Assembly: GCA_002269645.1 (NCBI GenBank)
Contig: NIVC01000652.1
Location: 310,001 to 374,000 of the forward strand
Direction: 5' to 3'
Source: Macrostomum lignano
Lineage: Eukaryota
Length of the DNA stretch: 64,000 nucleotides
The first letter of the stretch is position 1. Each line of letters starts with the position of its first letter. Both the position numbers and the translations under genes were made by a program. Below, piece after piece: positions 51,101 through 62,800 of the stretch. The notes below the pieces were generated by a model. The model saw only the letters and a list, made by a program, of their open reading frames with translations. It ran no database searches and was not told where the DNA came from.

Positions 51101-51343
51101 CGGCAGCAGCCGCAGACCTCCTACGACAGGGCGTTCAGCGAAAACCTGGGCGAGATGGAGCATGGCATGGGCCGGCTGAAGCAGCTGGCCATGGGGCTGG
51201 GCGGCGAGATCGACAGGCAGAACTCGCAGCTGGAGCGAATGTCGGTGAAGACAGACAAGACGAACGCCAAGATGGACGAGCAGAACACGCAGATGAACCG
51301 CATTCTCTATGGCAGCAAGGCGCCGCCGGCGGCTAAGAAGTGA
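48127..51343 (+). CDS. SNAP29: Qbc-SNARE SNAP-29
   Basis: Exons 48127-48306, 49115-49453, 51038-51343. N-terminal NPF motifs; two SNARE motifs (ELVRQGEVL..., EIDRQNSQL...); no TM segment or Cys cluster. Confidence 0.88.
48330..48895. repeat. G-rich minisatellite in SNAP29 intron 1
   Basis: GGGGCAGATGGGGTGGAGGGAGACT units. Confidence 0.95.
49540..50998. repeat. 24-bp minisatellite in SNAP29 intron 2
   Basis: GAGACTGCTGAGTGTCTCAATGGG, ~60 copies. Confidence 0.97.
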
Positions 51344-52296
51344 GCCCGGCCCGATGCTGCCCGAGAATTCCCGCACGAGTATGACGCAATTCCTTGTCGC
51401 TGTGTCTTATTAGCAGTCGCGGGTATAAGCTGTGCAGGCAACTCTGACCTGTGTGCCCCAAACCTGCTTACTCAGAACTTGCGTTCGATTATTGATTTTT
51501 TGGATTGGATTGGATTCTCTCTATAAAAAACAAATTAATCAAATTCTGCCTGCTCTCTTCACTTTATTTCTTTCATGTAAAAGTAATTTATGATTACATA
51601 TGCGTCTGTATTTAAAAAGCTAAACTTCACATTAGTTGATTGAATAGATGATTTATATGCTTACTCGGGACTCGTGTTGAATGGTTTTTTACCTCACTAA
51701 CACTCCAGACGTCAATGGGATGCTTTCACCCGGATATCTTAAATTAATAAAACTCCGGAACCGAAATATCATTTCTGATTCAAATTATTTGAAAGACCAA
51801 GCAAAATTGGCATTGAAACCGTCTCAATTGAGCCTCCTGATACACGGCTTTTGCATTTATCCAGTTAGCCAGAAGGCAACGAGGGAGAGAGATAAGAAGA
51901 ACGAGACTGAACTGGCCAGACCACAGATAATAGAATTAGATGGGCCACTCAGCACATTTGCGTGTAATCTACTTTCAGTTCAGTAGTAAGTTAAACAAGC
52001 ATTTTGATGTATTTTAAAGCCAAGGCTCAATTTATTGGCTCTTACCCACCAGCTTCAACCTTCCAACCGCGCCTTTCCACACCACACTACCCCTCGCCCG
52101 CCCCCCCCACCAATTTTATTTCCGTTCTCGGAATTCCAGCCTAAAGCTGCCATGTACATTCCAGTGGCCCATGTACATTATGGGTGAACCAATTAGCAAG
52201 TTGTTTACGTCTTCTGTGGGCTTCTAAACTTATCAGTCATTTTAAACTGCCTTTTTATAAAATTTTTATAAAGTGTCTATATTATTCTTTGCTACT

Positions 52297-55265
52297 CACG
52301 CCTATGCAGAAGCTGAAAAATGGGGAAAGAAAATTCCCTAAGAAACTAATGCTTTTCCCAGCCCCAAGGACCTATGCAGATTTCAAAAACAGTGTCAGAC
52401 AAATCTAATCGCCTTGTCAAAAATGGTAATATGAATTTTTATATTATATGCAAATTACATGTAAGATGATAGATATTTAAGGCGAAACCCATCGATAATA
52501 TTAATGTTAATATAAGTTCGTAGTTTTAATATTATTTTTAATCATTAAAGGAACGTGCAAATGTATTAGTATTAATATTATAAAATGAGAACCATGCACT
52601 TATTATTGCTAATGTCCGTATGGAATAAAGTGCGCATGGATATTAAGTACACAAGCTAAATCCTAGAAATCTTGGCAGGCATGAAAATGCTTGACATCAA
52701 ATATGGCTGGAATTGTAGCTAACAACTGCGCGCAGCAGGCATTCTGCATACTGCAAATGCCCCAGAGGCCTGCAAAACCGCTGCCACGTCGAACGAAAGT
52801 CGCTGTGTGCAGACTCGACTGCCTGCTCACTGAAGGTCCCAAGGCCTGAGTTGAATCGCTCGCAGAACTCCGGAACATGGTGGAAAAGGGCGTGCATCTT
52901 AGGTGTCGGCACCAGCTTCAGTTCAGCGCAGCAGGATTCCAGCTGGGCAATCTTCTGGCAAAAGTCGCTCATCAGCTGTTGCCCAAAGCATGCTTGGCGA
53001 ACAGCATCGAATGCCATGAGAGCAGACGCATAGCCCTGGAGCCTTGATGGCAGGTTGCTCTTGAGCTCTTGAGCTTTAAGCAGCAATCTGACACACGCAG
53101 GGCCTTCCAGACACCCGCCGTGGTACTGCTCGCGACAGATTCCAGCTGAATGCGCCCACTTGTATGCCTTGTCGTCGCCTCAAGCTGAGTTCAGCTGATC
53201 GAGCAGTTTGTTGGTCACACCAAGCATGATGTGCAGCTCTGGTGGTGGCACGAGGTCCAGCATTGGCGTAGAATCAGCCCCAGGGAGAAGAGGCTGTCTG
53301 ACACAGCTTGCGTAGTTTCTTGCCAGTCGCTGGCAGCTACCAGCAGCCTCGAATGCCGTGGCCATCCGACGAATGGATCCAAGGGTTCTTATGGAACCGG
53401 CAACTTGCCACGGCGCCTGCCCCTCACAGTAGAGACAAGGATGAGCTGCGGCATGACTTTGAAGGCCACACAGGATGTTGGCTAGCTTGAAGTCGCAAGC
53501 GACTGTGAACTTAATCGATGTCAAGTCTAGCTCATCTAGAAGTGCTCGCACATTTGCATAGTTCTCCTGGACATCCTCAGCAATCGCGATGATAAACAGT
53601 TTTTTTACGCCAAAGTTGCTTATTCGCGACTCCCTGCTCAGCTTCTTAGGTGTGGACTCTGCCTGTGGTTCGGTAGGCAGTACTGGGGCGACACTAAGGC
53701 AGATTTTTAGCGAGCCACCACCTCCGTCCATCCCCAGCTTCAATCTCACATCGAACTCACTAAATCCTCGCTTTGAGCAAATGAAGCTCAGCAGTCCCTG
53801 CAGATCGGGGCATATGACGGAACATCTTGTGGTATCAGTAAAGCTGCCACCTGAGGACTTTTGAGTGAATTTGAGCTGCCGCATCTCAAAAAAACTCTCC
53901 GCGATGCTGCCTGCGGCTGCCAGAGCTGCCCGCAGTCCGGGTTGCACGGCCTTACGACTGCCCTCCGCCTGCCTGATAATTGTGGCTGCCATGTTTGTCT
54001 GCCGGTCACTCAGATTGAGAGATGTCTTTAACGTTACTAGTGTCTCGGTCCTCAGCGCTCTCTGCTCATTTGAATCACTTGCATGCCTCAGCTGCATTGG
54101 TGGGCCACCGGTGGCGCTGGAAATAGAAGCCGTTGATCCATGTCCTGATGCTGCTGCTGCTCTTAGCTTTTCACGCATCACGTCATGAGCGATGTGCTCT
54201 TTTGATGTAGGGCTGAGCGTGCGCAGGTACTGCAACTTGCTGGAGACGCTGCACTCGTGCCTTAGGCCTTTGCCCACAAGTGAGTGGCACCTAGTGCAGC
54301 GCTTCTCCGAGTCTCTGTCCTGGCTTCGAGTTGTTTCTGCAGGTCGTCCTTGGGGCAATTTATGGTTGGCCCGGCTGCTGTCAGACATGTATGGGTGCCA
54401 GACCGCCACCCGCTTGTTTGATGGGCTGGAAACTACCTGGCAGATACAGCAGGAGCAGTGCGGATGCTCACGTGTGAGTTGTGGCAAAACCTCCAAATCT
54501 GCAACAATTTGAAGGTATGGCAGTCGAGCAGGCAGTTCTTGCGGTACAGGTGACGTCTGTGACTGCAATTTCTTGATGCAGCAGCTGCACATGCCTCCTG
54601 GCAGAGTATTACGGATGTAGGCATGACAGAATTCTGACAGGATAAATTGCTCGATGAGTTCTGCCTGAGCAGCTGAAATAACGCGATCGGCTTTGCGGAA
54701 GCAGAGGATGCAGCACCAGATACGATTCTCTTCATGTGTGCGTCGAAAGTTTGGCATCGCGAGGCCAGAGAACTGATTTGAGTACTGAGGGTAATTGTTT
54801 CAATTGACTGCAACTTTATTTTCAAAGGAAGTCTGCGTGTTAGCAAACTTGTGATAAGAGGCATGTTCTACTTTATGAATGTACATAGTCTGTTCATTGT
54901 TTCTCAATCCCTTAATCACAATAGATCTCAATAAATATGTACATTTGAGTTGTCTGCCAAAATTTCTATCTAATAATGTACAGCATTATATAACGCCCTT
55001 AAATTTATGCTCTAAACTTTGCAATTGATGCCTGCTCTTGTTACGCAATTGTTTTCAGTACTTGCAATGGCGCAACTGACGAATCTAATACTGAACATGC
55101 AGCTGAGAACACATAATTTCAATTTTCCATTCTATTATTTTTGGACAAGGCGATTAGATTTGTCTGACACTGTTTTTGGAATCTGCATGGGTCCTTGGGG
55201 CTGGGAAAAGCATTAGTTTCTTAGGGAATTTTCTTTCCCCATTTTTCAGCTTCTGCATAGGCGTG
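52297..55265 (-). mobile_element. Chapaev-like (CMC superfamily) DNA transposon
   Basis: 122-bp TIRs starting CACGCCTATGCAG (52297-52418 / 55144-55265, 2 mismatches); 4-bp TSD TACT. Confidence 0.85.
52697..54757 (-). pseudogene. Chapaev-like DDE transposase (~686 aa) with one in-frame TGA at 53180-53182
   Basis: N-terminal H-x7-C-x2-C...P-x3-C-x2-C Zn motif; GMDGGGG, CDFKLAN, PPPELH, YHGG, TPKMH, SEQAVESAH. The ORFs 53180-54757 and 52697-53086 are in the same frame. Confidence 0.8.
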
Positions 55266-55644
55266 TACTGAACTGAAAGTAGAAAGCTGTTTTGCTAAGT
55301 ATATATGCCTGAGTGGCCCATCTAGTTATTGTATCTGTGGCCTAGACAGGGAGAGAAAACAGAGTAAACAGAGACAACGAAGGCATGCACACGGAAGGCC
55401 TGTGACGGAATTGTAGAGTAAAGTAAGCCAGCCTGCATCAAACCAATTTTAACAATACGCATGTGCTATTGTGAGAGACGTCAGTGAAACCTTGGAGGTA
55501 ATCCACCTATACTAAAAATATAATTAAAACTTCATAAACTGGACAATCGATAACAAGAAGTGGCAAACGGACTCGAGATCCACCGGCCACACCCATGTTC
55601 GCATGAAAAAATGGCAGGTGTTAGCAGACGTGACGAGCGCATTG

Positions 55645-56602
55645 GGGCCTAAAGTGTCCAACACGCCGGTTTTTCTGCCTTTGAGGCTCTCCAGCATGCA
55701 TGAATTCTACGCGTGCGGAATTGTTCAGAAGCTTTGCAAATAATTTTCATGATTTTCTGATGGGGCCTGAAGTGTCCAACACGCCGATTTCTTGTGCCTT
55801 GGGGCTCTCGACCATGAATGAATTATTCTACGCGTGCAGTGTTCAGAAGCTTTGCAAATAATTTTCATGATTTTCTGATGGGGCCTGAAGTGTCCAACAC
55901 GCCGATTTCTTGTGCCTTGGGGCTCTCGACCATGAATGAATTATTCTACGCGTGCGGAATTGTTCAGAAGCTTTGCAAATAATTTTAATGATTTTCTGAT
56001 GGGGCCTGAAGTGTCCAACACGCCGATTTCTTGTGCCTTGGGCTCTCGACCATGAATGAATTATTCTACGCGTGCGGAATTGTTCAGAAGCTTTGCAAAT
56101 AATTTTCATGATTTTCTGATGGGGCCTGAAGTGTCCAACACGCCGATTTCTTGTGCCTTGGGGCTCTCGACCATGAATGAATTATTCTACGCGTGCAGAA
56201 GTGTTCAGAAGCTTTGCAAATAATTTTCATGATTTTCTGATGGGGCCTGAAGTGTCCAACACGCCGATTTCTTGTGCCTTGGGGCTCTCGACCATGAATG
56301 AATTATTCTACGCGTGCAGAAGTGTTCAGAAGCTTTGCAAATAATTTTCATGATTTTCTGATGGGGCCTGAAGTGTCCAACACGCCGATTTCTTGTGCCT
56401 TGGGCTCTCGACCATGAATGAATTATTCTACGCGTGCAGAAGTGTTCAGAAGCTTTGCAAATAATTTTCATGATTTTCTGATGGGGCCTGAAGTGTCCAA
56501 CACGCCGATTTCTTGTGCCTTGGGGCTCTCGACCATGAATGAATTATTCTACGCGTGCAGAAGTGTTCAGAAGCTTTGCAAATAATTTTCATGATTTTCT
56601 GA
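55645..56602. repeat. ~121-bp satellite, ~8 copies
   Basis: GGGGCCTGAAGTGTCCAACACGCC...CAGAAGCTTTGCAAATAATTTTCATG repeats at 120-121-bp spacing. Confidence 0.95.
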
Positions 56603-56874
56603 GGATCTACATGTCGTGGGATTTGCTCGTGTGCAAACGTACTGTCGGGATCCTCGATGAACTGTTTCACCACTAAACGCTTTCACATTAAATGTCCCCA
56701 CGAATGTGCAAGCTATAAACCAAATCTGTAAGTTGTATGACCTTGGTGGTCGTTAGCAGCACAGTATAAAATGCGAGTGACTCACTCGAAAGGCAAAATC
56801 TAAATTTTGATTATACATTCAAGTCTTGTGTATTTTATTAATCCAGCGCATACTCAGTTTCGCACGGCGTTTGC

Positions 56875-59800
56875 CTACTCTTTATAGAAAAACGCCAACT
56901 CAATAATGATGACCTTGTGATATGGCTTCGGCGTGACCTCCATTGCTTGCGCATTCGCGCATTCAAAGTTATTGTACCGCCTGAACGTTGGGAAGTGTTT
57001 CTCCTTGCCGGATGGCAGGCATCGGAAATTCAAGTTCTCTGCGCTGCTTCTGGCGTTTGACTTTGCCATTAAAAGAAACTTTTTATATCAACTGTCTTCG
57101 AAAACGTGTAAAACAGAAAGTCACGCCCGGGACCATCAGCGTAAGCGACTCCGTACGACCACACATTCAAGTCTATAGAATACCTGCACGTTTTCGATAT
57201 GCCGTCTTTAGAAGAGCACTCGATATTAACTCGATCTAAATGTCGGTGGGAAAGTGGATATAATTTTTATTCACGTTTTTATAAGTTCCAATATAAGTAA
57301 ATTATGAGTACCGTCCCGAACAGATGTCTAAAAATAGCTCCAAAGCTGGTATCCCGTCCTACTGGCACAGGGACTGCCTCAGGCCACAACTTGTGACGCT
57401 CGATTAGCAATAAACTCCTGTCAGGTCAAGTCGTTGACAATGTCCCCAAAAAGCTAACTACAAAAAATAAAACGGAAAATAAATTATAAAATCAGCTCAC
57501 CATAACATTTATATTTTGTGAGTGTCGGGGTGAACTCGGGGCACTCGTCGCATATGCTCATACCAGATCGATATGACAAATTGTTCTCCAAGTTGCACTG
57601 TATGCATTCGGTAGCCCGCTGAATACTGGATCGCGTGCCAGGGGGGCAGGGCGTGCAGGTGCTACTACCAGTTTTGTTCGTGAAGTAGCCAGGGAAACAA
57701 TCAAAGCATTTGTCTGAACCAGGGCTTGGCGCGTATTGCCCTACCCGGCAAAGACTGCAACGCGTAGAGCCAGGCTCCTCAGCCACGCTGCCAGGGGGCA
57801 CATCGTGCAGCTAGAGGTGCCCTCCCGATCTGCAAAATGCCCCCCGAACATTGAATGCAGTGCCTTGATCCAGCAGGCGAAAAATGACCCTTGGGGCACA
57901 AGCGGCAGGACAAAGCACCCGAACGGCTCCAGCTGCCTGCATTGCATAACTCGCACAAAGAGGCACCGCTATGGCCGCTGTATCTGCCAGGCGACAAGGT
58001 TTGCACTCACTTGAGCCGTTAGAATTAGCAAAAGTTCCAGAGAACATCGCCTGCAAGAAGAAGATCCAGCAGACGAGGAAAATGATCCAGGGATGCAGGC
58101 AGTACACGCACTTGAACCAAGTCCACTCCAGGTGCCTACGGGACAAGGATTATAGGAGGTCGAACCGACTCCATTTATAAAATAGCCAGCAGGACTAGGG
58201 GTGCATTCTATTGAATTCAAAGTCGAAGAAAAATATCCAGCAGGACACTTGGTGCATTCCTTGGACCCTTCTTGTTGGCGAAGCTACCCGTGGACACTTA
58301 GTGCAGGCGCTTAACCCGGCTCGGTCAGCAATGCTTCCTGCCGGGCACTGGGTGCATGCCGAAGAGCCGACAGTTAGATTGTTCCAGGCTCGCAGTTCGT
58401 ACACGCGGCCGCGCCTTTACCGCTCCACGTGCCTGCAGGACACGGTTTAGCGCTTGTCGAGCCAGTCTTGTCGACGAATGATCCCGGTGGACTCGGTGTA
58501 CACTTGCTAGATCCGGCGATCGCAAACGTTCCCGCCTTGCACTTGGTCGGCTCGGAGGCGCCGTTGGTACACACGCTTCCAGCAGGACACTTGGTGCATT
58601 CCTTGGACCCCTTCTTGTTGGCGAAGCTACCCGGTGGACACTTAGTGCAGGCGCTTAACCCGGCTCGGTCAGCAATGCTTCCTGCCGGGCACTGGGTGCA
58701 TGCCGAAGAGCCGACAGTTGAGATTGTTCCAGGCTCGCAGTTCGTACACGCGGCCGCGCCTTTACCGCTCCACGTGCCTGCAGGACACGGTTTAGCGCTT
58801 GTCGAGCCAGTCTTGTCGACGAATGATCCCGGTGGACTCGGTGTACACTTGCTAGATCCGGCGATCGCAAACGTTCCCGCCTTGCACTTGGTCGGCTCGG
58901 AGGCGCCGTTGGTACACACGCTTCCAGCAGGACACTTGGTGCATTCCTTGGACCCCTTCTTGTTGGCGAAGCTACCCGGTGGACACTTAGTGCAGGCGCT
59001 TAACCCGGCTCGGTCAGCAATGCTTCCTGCCGGGCACTGGGTGCATGCCGAAGAGCCGACAGTTGAGATTGTTCCAGGCTCGCAGTTCGTACACGCGGCC
59101 GCGCCTTTACCGCTCCACGTGCCTGCAGGACACGGTTTAGCGCTTGTCGAGCCAGTCTTGTCGACGAATGATCCCGGTGGACTCGGTGTACACTTGCTAG
59201 ATCCGGCGATCGCAAACGTTCCCGCCTTGCACTTGGTCGGCTCGGAGGCGCCGTTGGTACACACGCTTCCAGCAGGACACTTGGTGCATTCCTTGGACCC
59301 CTTCTTGTTGGCGAAGCTACCCGGTGGACACTTAGTGCAGGCGCTTAACCCGGCTCGTCAGCAATGCTTCCTGCCGGGCACTGGGTGCATGCCGAAGAGC
59401 CGACAGTTGAGATTGTTCCAGGCTCGCAGTTCGTACACGCGGCCGCGCCTTTACCGCTCCACGTGCCTGCAGGACACGGTTTAGCGCTTGTCGAGCCAGT
59501 CTTGTCGACGAATGATCCCGGTGGACTCGGTGTACACTTGCTAGATCCGGCGATCGCAAACGTTCCCGCCTTGCACTTGGTCGGCTCGGAGGCGCCGTTG
59601 GTACACACGCTTCCAGCAGGACACTTGGTGCATTCCTTGGACCCCTTCTTGTTGGCGAAGCTACCCGGTGGACACTTAGTGCAGGCGCTTAACCCGGCTC
59701 GGTCAGCAATGCTTCCTGCCGGGCACTGGGTGCATGCCGAAGAGCCGACAGTTGAGATTGTTCCAGGCTCGCAGTTCGTACACGCGGCCGCGCCTTTACC

Positions 59801-62800
59801 GCTCCACGTGCCTGCAGGACACGGTTTAGCGCTTGTCGAGCCAGTCTTGTCGACGAATGATCCCGGTGGACTCGGTGTACACTTGCTAGATCCGGCGATC
59901 GCAAACGTTCCCGCCTTGCACTTGGTCGGCTCGGAGGCGCCGTTGGTACACACGCTTCCAGCAGGACACTTGGTGCATTCCTTGGACCCCTTCTTGTTGG
60001 CGAAGCTACCCGGTGGACACTTAGTGCAGGCGCTTAACCCGGCTCGGTCAGCAATGCTTCCTGCCGGGCACTGGGTGCATGCCGAAGAGCCGACAGTTGA
60101 GATTGTTCCAGGCTCGCAGTTCGTACACGCGGCCGCGCCTTTACCGCTCCACGTGCCTGCAGGACACGGTTTAGCGCTTGTCGAGCCAGTCTTGTCGACG
60201 AATGATCCCGGTGGACTCGGTGTACACTTGCTAGATCCGGCGATCGCAAACGTTCCCGCCTTGCACTTGGTCGGCTCGGAGGCGCCGTTGGTACACACGC
60301 TTCCAGCAGGACACTTGGTGCATTCCTTGGACCCCTTCTTGTTGGCGAAGCTACCCGGTGGACACTTAGTGCAGGCGCTTAACCCGGCTCGGTCAGCAAT
60401 GCTTCCTGCCGGGCACTGGGTGCATGCCGAAGAGCCGACAGTTGAGATTGTTCCAGGCTCGCAGTTCGTACACGCGGCCGCGCCTTTACCGCTCCACGTG
60501 CCTGCAGGACACGGTTTAGCGCTTGTCGAGCCAGTCTTGTCGACGAATGATCCCGGTGGACTCGGTGTACACTTGCTAGATCCGGCGATCGCAAACGTTC
60601 CCGCCTTGCACTTGGTCGGCTCGGAGGCGCCGTTGGTACACACGCTTCCAGCAGGACACTTGGTGCATTCCTTGGACCCCTTCTTGTTGGCGAAGCTACC
60701 CGGTGGACACTTAGTGCAGGCGCTTAACCCGGCTCGGTCAGCAATGCTTCCTGCCGGGCACTGGGTGCATGCCGAAGAGCCGACAGTTGAGATTGTTCCA
60801 GGCTCGCAGTTCGTACACGCGGCCGCGCCTTTACCGCTCCACGTGCCTGCAGGACACGGTTTAGCGCTTGTCGAGCCAGTCTTGTCGACGAATGATCCCG
60901 GTGGACTCGGTGTACACTTGCTAGATCCGGCGATCGCAAACGTTCCCGCCTTGCACTTGGTCGGCTCGGAGGCGCCGTTGGTACACACGCTTCCAGCAGG
61001 ACACTTGGTGCATTCCTTGGACCCCTTCTTGTTGGCGAAGCTACCCGGTGGACACTTAGTGCAGGCGCTTAACCCGGCTCGGTCAGCAATGCTTCCTGCC
61101 GGGCACTGGGTGCATGCCGAAGAGCCGACAGTTGAGATTGTTCCAGGCTCGCAGTTCGTACACGCGGCCGCGCCTTTACCGCTCCACGTGCCTGCAGGAC
61201 ACGGTTTAGCGCTTGTCGAGCCAGTCTTGTCGACGAATGATCCCGGTGGACTCGGTGTACACTTGCTAGATCCGGCGATCGCAAACGTTCCCGCCTTGCA
61301 CTTGGTCGGCTCGGAGGCGCCGTGGTACACACGCTTCCAGCAGGACACTTGGTGCATTCCTTGGACCCCTTCTTGTTGGCGAAGCTACCCGGTGGACACT
61401 TAGTGCAGGCGCTTAACCCGGCTCGGTCAGCAATGCTTCCTGCCGGGCACTGGGTGCATGCCGAAGAGCCGACAGTTGAGATTGTTCCAGGCTCGCAGTT
61501 CGTACACGCGGCCGCGCCTTTACCGCTCCACGTGCCTGCAGGACACGGTTTAGCGCTTGTCGAGCCAGTCTTGTCGACGAATGATCCCGGTGGACTCGGT
61601 GTACACTTGCTAGATCCGGCGATCGCAAACGTTCCCGCCTTGCACTTGGTCGGCTCGGAGGCGCCGTTGGTACACACGCTTCCAGCAGGACACTTGGTGC
61701 ATTCCTTGGACCCCTTCTTGTTGGCGAAGCTACCCGGTGGACACTTAGTGCAGGCGCTTAACCCGGCTCGGTCAGCAATGCTTCCTGCCGGGCACTGGGT
61801 GCATGCCGAAGAGCCGACAGTTGAGATTGTTCCAGGCTCGCAGTTCGTACACGCGGCCGCGCCTTTACCGCTCCACGTGCCTGCAGGACACGGTTTAGCG
61901 CTTGTCGAGCCAGTCTTGTCGACGAATGATCCCGGTGGACTCGGTGTACACTTGCTAGATCCGGCGATCGCAAACGTTCCCGCCTTGCACTTGGTCGGCT
62001 CGGAGGCGCCGTTGGTACACACGCTTCCAGCAGGACACTTGGTGCATTCCTTGGACCCCTTCTTGTTGGCGAAGCTACCCGGTGGACACTTAGTGCAGGC
62101 GCTTAACCCGGCTCGGTCAGCAATGCTTCCTGCCGGGCACTGGGTGCATGCCGAAGAGCCGACAGTTGAGATTGTTCCAGGCTCGCAGTTCGTACACGCG
62201 GCCGCGCCTTTACCGCTCCACGTGCCTGCAGGACACGGTTTAGCGCTTGTCGAGCCAGTCTTGTCGACGAATGATCCCGGTGGACTCGGTGTACACTTGC
62301 TAGATCCGGCGATCGCAAACGTTCCCGCCTTGCACTTGGTCGGCTCGGAGGCGCCGTTGGTACACACGCTTCCAGCAGGACACTTGGTGCATTCCTTGGA
62401 CCCCTTCTTGTTGGCGAAGCTACCCGGTGGACACTTAGTGCAGGCGCTTAACCCGGCTCGGTCAGCAATGCTTCCTGCCGGGCACTGGGTGCATGCCGAA
62501 GAGCCGACAGTTGAGATTGTTCCAGGCTCGCAGTTCGTACACGCGGCCGCGCCTTTACCGCTCCACGTGCCTGCAGGACACGGTTTAGCGCTTGTCGAGC
62601 CAGTCTTGTCGACGAATGATCCCGGTGGACTCGGTGTACACTTGCTAGATCCGGCGATCGCAAACGTTCCCGCCTTGCACTTGGTCGGCTCGGAGGCGCC
62701 GTTGGTACACACGCTTCCAGCAGGACACTTGGTGCATTCCTTGGACCCCTTCTTGTTGGCGAAGCTACCCGGTGGACACTTAGTGCAGGCGCTTAACCCG

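Noticed and set aside
18677-53182. TGA recoding (selenocysteine or Trp) suggested by single in-frame TGAs in two transposases
   Set aside because: Host genes here (e.g. GBE1, DHPS, SNAP29) use TGA as a normal stop and TGG for Trp; point mutation explains both.
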